Origin: an uncultured virus (IMG/VR IMGVR_UViG_3300036760_000336)
Taxonomy: Duplodnaviria > Heunggongvirae > Uroviricota > Caudoviricetes
DNA length: 64,000 nt
Strand: one strand, 5' to 3'
IMG/VR virus record: IMGVR_UViG_3300036760_000336
Coordinates: 1-64,000 of that record
A program made the position numbers and the translations under genes. This document shows positions 16,942 to 27,200 of the stretch, in pieces. The stretch's first letter is position 1, and each line of letters opens with the position of its first letter. The notes beneath the pieces were generated by a model. The model searched no databases, had not been told where the DNA came from, and was given only the letters and a program-made list of their open reading frames with translations.

Positions 16942-19900
16942 ATGCCAATCACAGAAGGTGGACAATGGAGTCCAGATAGAAAAATAATAAGCCCCGGTGT
17001 ATTCACTCGGGAGATAGACCAGTCTGGTATCGCACAAGGCGTAGCGGATATTGGAGCAGTCGTAGTTGCACCATTTGCTAAGGGGCCAGGATTTTCGCCA
17101 ACACTTTGTTCAGATATGACAACTCTGCAACAAGCGTTCGGGGTTCCTGATGGTAATTTATATGGCCCATATACTGCTCAACAGTATTTACAGGAAAAAG
17201 GATTTGTAACGGTTTGCCGTGTTGGTGCTCTTACTGGATATCATCAAAAGTATCCGTGGGTCATTTGGGCAGAAGAAGGAAATTGGCTTCGTTATCCTGA
17301 CGCTGGATGGTTGGATTATACCATCTCCTCAATATCTTCGACTGGTCTTTATTTCATATCCGCTTCCTCAAATGGAATTACAGCCAATTCGGCTGGATAC
17401 ACAGGTTCTATCACCTTTACCGCTCAACCAGTAACTCTTACATTAATTAATGGAGTAGCAACAGCTAATCCACTTGGAAGCAATACTGGTTCAATGCTTC
17501 TTCATCAACCATATCCTGCAAGTGGTAGCACACTGTACACCGGACAAACAGTTGCTGGACACATCAATGGTATATTTTCATTTACTGGCTCATTGAATGT
17601 TTCCACTGCTTCGGCAACATCTGCTTCGCTAATAAGTCAACTTTTTACTCAAGGTCTATTCAGTGGAAATATCTATGGTGTCCAATTTACAAGTAGTCAA
17701 GTTCCATTTAATACGGCCAATTTCTATGGTAACACTCTTCAAATCAGCCAGTCTTACGGAATTTGTAATTTACTGGTGTTAAATATTGCTGGATGTCTTA
17801 CTGGAAGTCTTGGAAAGTATGGACTCGGATTTCTCGCTGGAAGTAATAATACTTTTGATCCATGCACAGGAATATGGACTGCCAGCGGATCGGCAATTAA
17901 AGTGTTGGCAGTTCTTGCCGATACTCAAAATGCCGAGATTGATAGCACTTTGCACGCCCCAGGCTTTTTAGGTTCTACTCAAAGCTATAATCCTCTTGTC
18001 AGCGGTTCGACCAATATTGGATTAGATTTTGATATCCAGTTGAGCCAATCATTAAATGGTGCTTATGGTACATATCATTTCTCTCTCAATCCAGAAAGTC
18101 CAAAATACATTACTAATGTATTTGGTGAAGATTCGAGAGCGGGCAATCCATCAACATACGTTCAAGGCACTAAAATTGAGGCCGCTTATCTCTATAAACT
18201 TTTCGAAGATGATATTGCCGTTGTTGCCACAGATCCAACTAAATGGCAAGTTCATGGAGATGAAATGCCATCTGGTTCATGGACCGGCGAACCTTTGAAT
18301 TTCACTGATCAATGGTCTTTGAATTTGCTAAATGGTGATTCTGCATATAGTTTAACTAATGCTTATACTCCGTGGATTCTTTCTCAACAAATATCTGCTT
18401 GGAATGGCGGAAAAGCAACTCGCTTTCCATTGTTCCAGCTTGCAACTTTGTCAGACGGTACTTACACCAATACTTCCTTCAAAATTGAAATCTCTAATGT
18501 AAAATTAGCGGGTACAGTCGCCGGAAGTGATTGGGGTTCATTTACCTTAACGGTTCGTGCTTATAGTGATACGGATAAAAGACCTCAAATCCTTGAACAA
18601 TTTAATAACTTATCTCTTGACCCAACTTCTGCAAACTTCATTGCTCGCAGAATTGGTGATCGCTATAATTACATCCGTTTTGATGGTAAAATCATTGAAT
18701 TTGGAACATACACTAATAATAGCAAGAATATTCGTGTTGTAATGTCGCCAAATCCATATCCAACAACCGCTGTTCCTTATGGATTTCAAGCTCTCTCTAG
18801 CCCAGTTAATGGAGCAATTGGAAATTGGTGCAATCCAATGGCATATACCAAAGCATCAATTTATAGTTTATTCCCTGGCAAATATACCTCAGGTATTGAC
18901 TTTGTTGGCGTTCCTCCAGGGGCGGATGCAGAACTTACATCTTTGTATCCAACATCGTCAGTTGGTGAAGGGCACTGGAAAGATAATCTTCAATACTTCG
19001 CTCCGTTGCCAGCAGGATCAACGATTGGCAGTAATACGGAATTTGCTCTTGATGATGTTATCACTGTAAATGGTGTTGGAACTGGTTCTTTCCTTGATCC
19101 ATCGTTGAGTGGAAGCATTCCATCAACCTACGACGCAGCTAACGAAACCACCTACGTCAAGATGCGTAAGTTCGTCTTTGGATTCCAAGGTGGATTTGAT
19201 GGACAATCTCCAGCTATTCCTGAAAATGTTGGTGAAGATCTTGAGCCGGGTAATACTCAGGGTTTGGATTGTACTAATAGTACAACAGCAGGATCGATTG
19301 CCTATAATCAGTGTATCGGTGCTCTTGGAAATGCCGATGAATTTGATATTAACTTGATCGTTGTTCCCGGTATTATCTATTCCTTACACTCTTACGTTAC
19401 TACCCTTGTAGTTGAGATGTGTGAGAATCGTGGAGATTGTTTCTTTATTCTTGACATGTATAAAGACAGCGGTAATCCAACCACGGGTCAAATTGATGAA
19501 GTAGTCAATCTTGCCAAAGAATTTGATACTAACTATGCAGGTACTTATTATCCTTGGGTCAAGATATTAGATACGAATATAAATCAAATCGTAACTGTTC
19601 CACCATCAGTAGTGCTTCTAGCCGTATATGCTGCTAACGATAAAGTTGCGGCAGAATGGTATGCGGTAGCCGGTCTCAATCGTGGTGGAATCACTCAGGC
19701 AGTACAATTGACTGATCGCACTACTCATACCGAACGTGATACTCTGTATGAAGGAAAAGTCAATCCTATCTGCACATTCCCAGGACAAGGTATTGTAGTT
19801 TGGGGTCAAAAAACTTTACAGAATAAGGATTCTGCAACCAATAGAATCAATGTTCGTCGTTTGCTTATTGCGGTTAAAAAGTTCTTCGCCTCGACGGCAA

Positions 19901-20160
19901 GATACTTGGTGTTCGAACAGAATACAGCAGAAACTCGCAACAAATTCTTGGCGATTGTTAATCCATATCTTGAAAGTGTACAGCAACGCAGTGGTTTGTA
20001 TGCCTTCCAAGTCAAGATGGACGCCAGCAACAATACCCCAGATTTGATTGACCAGAATATTCTGTACGGCCAAATCTACTTACAGCCAACTAGAACTGCG
20101 GAGTTCATTCTCTTGGACTTTTATATCCTCCCGAGTGGGGCGAGTTTTCCTACAGCGTAA
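16942..20160 (+). CDS. contractile tail sheath protein (T4 gp18-like)
   Basis: SPGVFTREID N-terminus; YYPWV, AGLNRG, VNPI..FPGQGIVVWGQKTL, RINVRRL, FEQN, PTRTAEFI.LDF C-terminus. Confidence 0.95.
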   Translation: MPITEGGQWSPDRKIISPGVFTREIDQSGIAQGVADIGAVVVAPFAKGPGFSPTLCSDMTTLQQAFGVPDGNLYGPYTAQQYLQEKGFVTVCRVGALTGYHQKYPWVIWAEEGNWLRYPDAGWLDYTISSISSTGLYFISASSNGITANSAGYTGSITFTAQPVTLTLINGVATANPLGSNTGSMLLHQPYPASGSTLYTGQTVAGHINGIFSFTGSLNVSTASATSASLISQLFTQGLFSGNIYGVQFTSSQVPFNTANFYGNTLQISQSYGICNLLVLNIAGCLTGSLGKYGLGFLAGSNNTFDPCTGIWTASGSAIKVLAVLADTQNAEIDSTLHAPGFLGSTQSYNPLVSGSTNIGLDFDIQLSQSLNGAYGTYHFSLNPESPKYITNVFGEDSRAGNPSTYVQGTKIEAAYLYKLFEDDIAVVATDPTKWQVHGDEMPSGSWTGEPLNFTDQWSLNLLNGDSAYSLTNAYTPWILSQQISAWNGGKATRFPLFQLATLSDGTYTNTSFKIEISNVKLAGTVAGSDWGSFTLTVRAYSDTDKRPQILEQFNNLSLDPTSANFIARRIGDRYNYIRFDGKIIEFGTYTNNSKNIRVVMSPNPYPTTAVPYGFQALSSPVNGAIGNWCNPMAYTKASIYSLFPGKYTSGIDFVGVPPGADAELTSLYPTSSVGEGHWKDNLQYFAPLPAGSTIGSNTEFALDDVITVNGVGTGSFLDPSLSGSIPSTYDAANETTYVKMRKFVFGFQGGFDGQSPAIPENVGEDLEPGNTQGLDCTNSTTAGSIAYNQCIGALGNADEFDINLIVVPGIIYSLHSYVTTLVVEMCENRGDCFFILDMYKDSGNPTTGQIDEVVNLAKEFDTNYAGTYYPWVKILDTNINQIVTVPPSVVLLAVYAANDKVAAEWYAVAGLNRGGITQAVQLTDRTTHTERDTLYEGKVNPICTFPGQGIVVWGQKTLQNKDSATNRINVRRLLIAVKKFFASTARYLVFEQNTAETRNKFLAIVNPYLESVQQRSGLYAFQVKMDASNNTPDLIDQNILYGQIYLQPTRTAEFILLDFYILPSGASFPTA

Positions 20161-20197
20161 ATGATTGGAAATGAAATAGTTGGATAAAAACTTATTC

Positions 20198-20229
20198 AAA
20201 GAAAATCCTCATGTTGGGGATTTTCTTTT
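20198..20229 (+). terminator. intrinsic terminator after the sheath gene
   Basis: AAGAAAATCCTCA-tgt-TGGGGATTTTCTT followed by a T run. Confidence 0.7.
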
Positions 20230-20272
20230 ATATGTATAGGACAACAATATTTGGCCAACAGGATAGAACATT

Positions 20273-21055
20273 ATGACATTGTACGGAAATCCAGAAAAAA
20301 TAAAGAAGATATGTGAATGGACAGGGAAAGAGTTTATGGTCGATTGGAAACATAGAAATCAACGATTTATAAATATCCGTGCTATGCGTAACTGGAGAAT
20401 GGCTCAATGTAGAGAAATAGTTAAATGTCTAACTTGTGGGAAATCTTTTGAACGATACAAGAATATACTTCATCTGGATACAGGACTTCCTACTCAATAT
20501 TGCTCTAATGATTGTAATAGAAAATCTATACATAAGAAAGAGTGTCTTAAAAAATGGATAAAAAATCATAATCCAATGGATAACCTTTTATCAAGAGAAA
20601 AAATAAAACAATCTAAACTTGAACGATATGGAAACTCAACATATAACAACATTAAAAAATGTAGAAAAACTATGATGGACAAATATGGAGTCCATTGTGT
20701 TTTTTACCTTCCTTCTTGTAAGTCTAATGGAAGGAGAATATCAAAGTTTCAGAAACGAATATATGAAGATCTTCTTCAACAACATCCAGACGCAGAACTT
20801 GAAAAGTATCTCCCAGATGTAAAAAAAGCAGTAGATATTTATATTCCTTCTACGAAAAAAGTCATAGAATGCTACGGAGATTATTGGCATTGTAATCCCC
20901 AAAAATGTTCTCCTACTTATTACAACTATCTCGTCCATCTTACAGCACAAGAGATTTGGGAAAAAGATAGACAAAAAGTTGAGTTACTCAAAAGTGGTGG
21001 TTATGATGTGGAAATAATATGGGAGAACAGTAAAAAGAGGTTTATAGAATATTGA
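20273..21055 (+). CDS. putative homing endonuclease (Vsr/DUF559-like PD-(D/E)XK domain with Zn-binding N-terminus)
   Basis: C..CGK...YCS..C, ERYG/DKYG repeats, VDIYIP..KVIECYGDYWH...D..K......GY....IWE. Confidence 0.7.
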   Translation: MTLYGNPEKIKKICEWTGKEFMVDWKHRNQRFINIRAMRNWRMAQCREIVKCLTCGKSFERYKNILHLDTGLPTQYCSNDCNRKSIHKKECLKKWIKNHNPMDNLLSREKIKQSKLERYGNSTYNNIKKCRKTMMDKYGVHCVFYLPSCKSNGRRISKFQKRIYEDLLQQHPDAELEKYLPDVKKAVDIYIPSTKKVIECYGDYWHCNPQKCSPTYYNYLVHLTAQEIWEKDRQKVELLKSGGYDVEIIWENSKKRFIEY

Positions 21056-21075
21056 CGGGGAGCGTTGTTTCTGCT

Positions 21076-21084
21076 ATATTTATA
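21076..21084 (+). promoter_or_regulatory. candidate late promoter ATATTTATA
   Basis: 8 nt before ATG 21093. Confidence 0.55.
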
Positions 21085-21092
21085 CTTGTATT

Positions 21093-23576
21093 ATGGATAA
21101 GGAATATCTACAACATATAGCCGGTTCCCTTTACACTAAGGGTCTCGAAGAACAAATTGGCGCAAGAGTGAGATCGGGTATGAAAAATATCGGCGCTATG
21201 ACTGGCAGTCCAATGGAAAGTAGAGAATATACCTATATTCGTTATTCGTTTGAAAAATTTCTTAAGGGAATAACGCCTGTATTGGATGATTTTGCAGAGA
21301 ATGTGGATCGACTTCGAAGATTTAAACCATCTCTTACCCCTAATCAAAATAAAGTGGTGGATTCCATTGTGGATCTCCACAACGTAATTAAGCCACGATA
21401 CTATGGAGTTACCGTGAATCCACCAGGAAGAGTACAAGATTATCCTCCGGGAAGATATCCATATATAAAGGGAATTCAAAAACCATTAACTCCTCTTAAA
21501 GGAAAACAGCCTACCAAAATAGCTGAAATAATAGATGAAGGAATGCTTGGTCGATCTGTAATTATTAATAAAGCCTGGACAAGCCGAAATGCTGGAAAAA
21601 TCATTGCTGCTTATATAAAAAACATTTACGATAAACAAGTCGCCTTTTATGCAGAGGTCAAGAAATTAACTGGAAGAACCCCCAACAGAATTCAAACAGT
21701 GTTAAGAGATATAAATCGTAAGTGGTCGAATATTTTTGGAAAAGTAAGTGCGACGATAAGTACATGGCAGACACAGGCCGAACCTACTGGAAAAACATTC
21801 GTTTCTCCTATAGGGGCAAAACCCGAGGGAAAGCCTATTAGTCCAGATCTAACTCTTCCGCCAGAAACACCACCAGAAACATCAACCACTCCACCCGCTG
21901 TTGCCGCTGTGCTTACTCCAGATAATGGCAAACCCGCTGCCACGGTTCCTGCTGTTGGTGATGAAATTCCTCCTCCTGCAAGGGGTGATGATTTTGCTTA
22001 CATAGTAGAAAATGTAGTAAAAATTATTATAGACACTGTTCGAACGGATACTGAAAGATCAAAAGATTATTTTGAGGCAGAAAGATTACCGAGAACGTGG
22101 GAAGAACCTTCTATACATGCTAAAGAAAGAGAGAAAAAAATTCCTACAACAATAAAAACGCCTTCTGGCATTACTATTCCTTCAACTGTTCCTATCACCA
22201 CAACTGCATCAATAATTCCAGATACCATTAAAGAACAGGAAGATGAACCAGAAAGTAAACCGGAAAAACCAACTGGAAAATTTTTGTACGATTTCAGAAG
22301 TGCTTATAGAAAATCAAGAAACTTTGCAATTGAAATGGGGGATCAAAAATCAATAACTCTTTCAAGTGGAAAAACAAAAAATATTCGTGTAATTTGGGTT
22401 AATAAAGATCAGAAAAATGAAATTCATGTCAAATATCAAGATGCCGCCGAAGCTGTTGGAGATCAAAAACATGTGTGGAAAGAAATCATATTATTGAATT
22501 TCTACGATTATGAAGCCGACAGCAGAAGTGAAGAATGGCAAAAGGATGAAGGAAACAGATTATTTACTTATATTCATAATGCAAATCCATATGACAATCC
22601 ATTAGAAGGAGCGAGTAAAGAACGATTGGCAAGACTTCAAAACAAATCTCTAATGGACAAATTCAATCGAGCACTTTATGTAGTGATTGATAGGAAAGCA
22701 ATGGAATTTAGTGCTATGGGGTTAAATATTGGTATTCTTGATGATGAATTGGCGACTATTTTCCGGTATGACCGTAGTGGAAAAAAACCTCCAATTAATG
22801 TTGAAGAACTTTTGAAGTATATTCGTTCTCCAAATGTAGAAACAAGAACTATGTGGATTAAAAAATTAAAGGATTTAGGATGGTTTGCTCGTAAAGGTTA
22901 TCCAATTCCAGATCCTAAACAAGATCCTTCTACCTATGAAGGATTGCCAATTCCGGGTGAGGAAGAACCAATAACCACTCCCGCTCCAGGAACTACAGCC
23001 ATTCCCACGGGAACTTTGCCAATACCCGATATCGATAAAATTCCCGCCGCAATGGAGGCCAGAAGCACTTTACTTAATAAGGGATGGAAGGGAGTTTTTA
23101 ATGCTATAGGACAAGCAGCTAAAAATCTTGGAGATCGAGCTAAGACAGCTTCTCCGGATGAATATGTAAAACTTGCCACCGATATATTAAAAGCTTCCAA
23201 AGCCGAAAGAGATCCAAAGTATGTATTGGGAATTGAAAATACTAATAATGCAGTAATGGCTTTGGAAAAATTGGGGTTTAATAAAGTAGTTGCAATAAAA
23301 GCTGTAGCAGAAATAGCTAATACAGAGGGAGAAAATCTTACAGATTCCGAATATACTGAAAAGGCTCTTAAATTGCTCAAACCCGACAAAAAAACGCTCC
23401 CAAGCACATCAGTAGGGGGTCCACCGCCTACATCACCAGTATCTGGAGAACCGAGTAAATCCGCTGGAGGAGAACCCTCAAAATCACCCGTATCAAAACC
23501 GGCAAGCAAAAAAGCTAAAAAGGGAAAGTTGAAAGAAGGTTTCATTAATCCATTTCAAGAAACCAACTTTCTCTAA
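21093..23576 (+). CDS. large multidomain protein with Pro/Thr linkers and C-terminal RuvA domain III-like helical repeats
   Basis: 827 aa; AVMALEKLGF....A.KAV......LTDSEYTEKALKLL resembles the RuvA C-terminal domain. Confidence 0.6.
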   Translation: MDKEYLQHIAGSLYTKGLEEQIGARVRSGMKNIGAMTGSPMESREYTYIRYSFEKFLKGITPVLDDFAENVDRLRRFKPSLTPNQNKVVDSIVDLHNVIKPRYYGVTVNPPGRVQDYPPGRYPYIKGIQKPLTPLKGKQPTKIAEIIDEGMLGRSVIINKAWTSRNAGKIIAAYIKNIYDKQVAFYAEVKKLTGRTPNRIQTVLRDINRKWSNIFGKVSATISTWQTQAEPTGKTFVSPIGAKPEGKPISPDLTLPPETPPETSTTPPAVAAVLTPDNGKPAATVPAVGDEIPPPARGDDFAYIVENVVKIIIDTVRTDTERSKDYFEAERLPRTWEEPSIHAKEREKKIPTTIKTPSGITIPSTVPITTTASIIPDTIKEQEDEPESKPEKPTGKFLYDFRSAYRKSRNFAIEMGDQKSITLSSGKTKNIRVIWVNKDQKNEIHVKYQDAAEAVGDQKHVWKEIILLNFYDYEADSRSEEWQKDEGNRLFTYIHNANPYDNPLEGASKERLARLQNKSLMDKFNRALYVVIDRKAMEFSAMGLNIGILDDELATIFRYDRSGKKPPINVEELLKYIRSPNVETRTMWIKKLKDLGWFARKGYPIPDPKQDPSTYEGLPIPGEEEPITTPAPGTTAIPTGTLPIPDIDKIPAAMEARSTLLNKGWKGVFNAIGQAAKNLGDRAKTASPDEYVKLATDILKASKAERDPKYVLGIENTNNAVMALEKLGFNKVVAIKAVAEIANTEGENLTDSEYTEKALKLLKPDKKTLPSTSVGGPPPTSPVSGEPSKSAGGEPSKSPVSKPASKKAKKGKLKEGFINPFQETNFL

Positions 23577-23667
23577 AATAGTACTTTATACTTCCATTCT
23601 TAGTACTTATTATCTCGTAATGAAGTACATTGTACACTAGGATTTTGAGTTGTCAAGTTTTTATAGC

Positions 23668-24228
23668 ATGAAAAATACAGAATACATTTTATATCTTGAT
23701 TTAGACGGTGTTCTCGTCAACTTTGAAAGAGGTTTCACAGATCTTTCGGATGGAATAACCCCCGATGAGATGAAATCCAGATACGGGGAAAAAGTTATGC
23801 AAAATCAATACTTAGCCGCCGGATCTTCATTTTGGGCAAACCTTGGATGGATTGAAGGCGGCGAGGATATTTGGAAAGCTTCAAATGAGTTGTTTGAAAG
23901 AGTTTGTATTTTATCTTCTACAGGTACTACTAATCCTATAAAAGGTAAGCCAGTAATTATGGGTAAAAAACAATGGATAGCTAAAAATATTCCCTCTTTA
24001 ACCTCGGGTAAAATATTCATAGTATTGGGAAGCCACATGAAAAAAATGCTTGTCGCTAGAAATAGCATATTAGTTGATGATATGTCGAGCACAGTAGCCG
24101 AATGGAATGCGTATGGCGGAATTGGAATACTTCATCATCATAAATACTATCAAAAAACTATTCAAACATTACAAGATCTCGCTCATCCTCCATCCTTAAC
24201 TGAACTTGCTAAACGCATTCAGTACTGA
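23668..24228 (+). CDS. HAD-superfamily 5'(3')-deoxyribonucleotidase-like protein
   Basis: LYLDLDGVL motif I, ILSS motif II, K..W, ILVDD motif IV; start placed at ATG 23668. Confidence 0.8.
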   Translation: MKNTEYILYLDLDGVLVNFERGFTDLSDGITPDEMKSRYGEKVMQNQYLAAGSSFWANLGWIEGGEDIWKASNELFERVCILSSTGTTNPIKGKPVIMGKKQWIAKNIPSLTSGKIFIVLGSHMKKMLVARNSILVDDMSSTVAEWNAYGGIGILHHHKYYQKTIQTLQDLAHPPSLTELAKRIQY

Positions 24229-24234
24229 TTACTG

Positions 24235-24243
24235 ATATTTATA
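24235..24243 (+). promoter_or_regulatory. candidate late promoter ATATTTATA
   Basis: 3 nt before ATG 24247. Confidence 0.55.
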
Positions 24244-24246
24244 GTC

Positions 24247-27200
24247 ATGAATCAAGATTTGAAAAAACTCATAAATGAAACCGTAAAAAACTTTTTCGAC
24301 GAAAATGAAGTGGATGTTTACGGTTCGGGAGAACTTCCTCCGAGCGGAGAAGAAAAATACGAAAAACAGGAACCCGGAGGTACTATGAGTGCGACAAATT
24401 TGACACCGTTGATATACGAAACTAATTTCCGGATTTACAATGAAACGCTTTGTCCTGATTTATGGGATGCATATGATCATTTAGATGGTCATATAAGAGT
24501 AAATCTCTTGCGTATGGCATATGATTTCTATGAAAAGACAGATTTCAAAGCTCCAATTGTAGATGTCTATTTGATGGGATCTATTGCTAATTATAATTGG
24601 ACTCCCGAAAGTGATGTTGATATTCATATAATCATTGACCATGATAAACTTCAAATGCCATCTGATACTATCTTAAGCGCAATCAAAGCTGCATGTTCTT
24701 TATGGAATAACGAGCATCATGTAGCGGTTAAGAGGCATAAGGTTGAGATGAATATTCAAAATATGAAAGAAGTTAAACCTCATGTCACCGGCATTTATTC
24801 TCTTGTTAAAGATCAATGGGTAAGAAAACCCGTTCTTCAATCTCTTTCTTTTGATAAAACCTTTATTCAATCTATGTACAAAGGAATGAAAGAGTATCTC
24901 AAGTCTGCTATCAATAGCGGAAATCGACATGCTATGAAGGCGGTAAAAAAATATATAGATGCTTTTCGTCAGTATGGACTTGATACCCGTGGTGAATTGA
25001 GTGTTGAAAATATCGTATTCAAAATTCTTCGTGCCAAAGGTTTGATTGAAATGTTGAAAACTGCTATAACAATGACATATGATAAAGAGATGACAGTAAG
25101 AGAGGCCGAAAAATTGAATGAAAGTAAAGAACCAGAATCTGCCATTGAAGATTTGATGGAAGAGCACGGTGTAGTGAGCCGTTGTTTGCTTATTTATGAA
25201 GAATTGATTCGTAAATTGGAGACAGAGAAGGAAATGTCTTTTGACATTGTTCATGATATAGCCGAAGTAATCCGTCATCACGTAGAAGATCACCACGAAA
25301 AAGTAGAGGAGAAGTATGTCTTTGCGCTTTTCAAAGGAAAAGATAAACTGGGAAAAGTAGTAAAAATTCTTACAGAACAGCACAAAGCGGGCAGGAAATT
25401 AACTGGAAAAATACTTAATCTTTCTTCTAAATCGTACTCAAAAGAAACTCAAAATCAGTTGTTTCAAGAGTGTAAAAAATTTGTCCATATGTATGGCCCG
25501 CATAAAGCATGGGAAGATACGGTAGTATTTCCCGCCGTTCGTAAAGCTTTGACGGACAACGAGTTAGAAAAATTCAATGAAAAAATGGAAGAAGCCGAAA
25601 AAGAAGGCGATCCGAAAAAATTCATACAGGAAGTTGAAAAAATAGAAAAGAAACTCGGTATTTACAAGATATGTTGTTTTACTCCTGAAAAGGACAGAAA
25701 GACAATGTTGGAGGTTAGACAACAAGACATTAAATCCCATCTTCCTTCACCAGAAAACATCAAGCTTATTGATGGTCAAAAGCTGGATCTTAGCCGATTA
25801 ACCTTAGATCATTTGAAGGCATTACGGGCTAAAGCGGTAAGATTTTGGAAGGCTGCAAGCAAGAAAAAAGATCATGAAGAAACTCTTTGGGCACTGGCAG
25901 AGTTTGAAAGATATAACTTCGAAATAAAAAGGAGAATGAGATACATAAATGCTCCTCTCATAACCGAAGAATCAAAAAAATTTCCACCTTTTACTCTTGT
26001 TTTCGACAGTTCAGATGTAGCAAAAGGTGCTGTAAAGATTATGTTGGGTAATGAATGGTTTGGTAATATCTATAAACCTCTCGAAGGATGGGGTGAATAT
26101 ACTGGAAAGTGGATTTTCAATGCTGCCAGCAAAGAAGCAATGAAAATGAAGTTTCCAGCTAAGGGATATAATAGTCCGGGAGAATTGCTTCGAGATTTAA
26201 AAAAATGGTATAGTCAACGATTTATAACCGAGAAACAAGAAGTTTTTGACATTAAAGGTCCGGATGAATTGTCTCCTAGAAATCAAGTTGAGCTTGATCA
26301 GTTAGTTCGTAATTCTGAAAACATTATATCCGGTAAAGAGCTTTATTATATTTATTTAGTCAATGATCATGTTGCGGGTGCTCTTTATACATCTTATCGT
26401 GATCGAGTATATAGTTTTAATGTTGTTGTTAGTAAAGAATATCGTCAGAAAGGTATTGGAGTAAGAATGATAAGGGATGGATTAGATGAATATTTCAACA
26501 ATATTCTGGAAACCGATCCGGATGCGAAACTGGAACTTAATATTGTAAATCCTTCTATAATAGATTATCTTAAACGAATAGGGATGGAAGTGGAAAAGAG
26601 TGTTGGAGGACGTGTTATAATGTTTTATTCAAAAGGAAAAGAAAGTTCTATAGATGAAAATGGGGGAGGGGGAATAGGATATTTTAGTAAAGAACTTGAA
26701 GCAGATATTCAACATCTAATTACAACCAGTGAGGATAGTATAGAGTCTGGTGAGCCGGTTCTTACTCGTGCTCAAGCAATTCGGTACTTAATGCAGGACA
26801 TGGATGATCCTGGGCATTATTCACATGAGCATAGAAGGGAACTTCAAAATTTTGGTGTTAAGATCGGAATTTTTGAACCTTGTACAAGAGAAGAATTGGA
26901 TAATATTGTAGTTATAGGTGGAAGAGGGCGAAAATATGACTTTAAACGAGGAAATTTATACTATAGATTTAATTCTTGGAAACCTTTAATAGGGCACGAA
27001 GATCCAGTAGATGAAAATAATGAAGATTTAAAAAGTGATTTTGATTTGGCTGAACAAGGAGATACTGTTTCTGTTGTAAGAAGAGCGATAGAGAAGCTGG
27101 GAGGAATGGAAAATTTCAAAGCGTGGTTTATGGGATGGATTTCAAAAGAAAAAATTCCATATAGACAAATAGATTCTTCGGGACAATCGCATACTGTAGA

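Noticed and set aside
22934..23545. 203-aa minus-strand ORF
   Set aside because: Antisense shadow of the Pro/Ala/Lys-rich C-terminus of 21093..23576 with no recognisable motifs.
24700..25383. 227-aa minus-strand ORF, and similar Phe/Ile-rich antisense ORFs elsewhere in the track
   Set aside because: They lie opposite well-supported genes and have the composition expected of antisense frames of AT-rich coding DNA.
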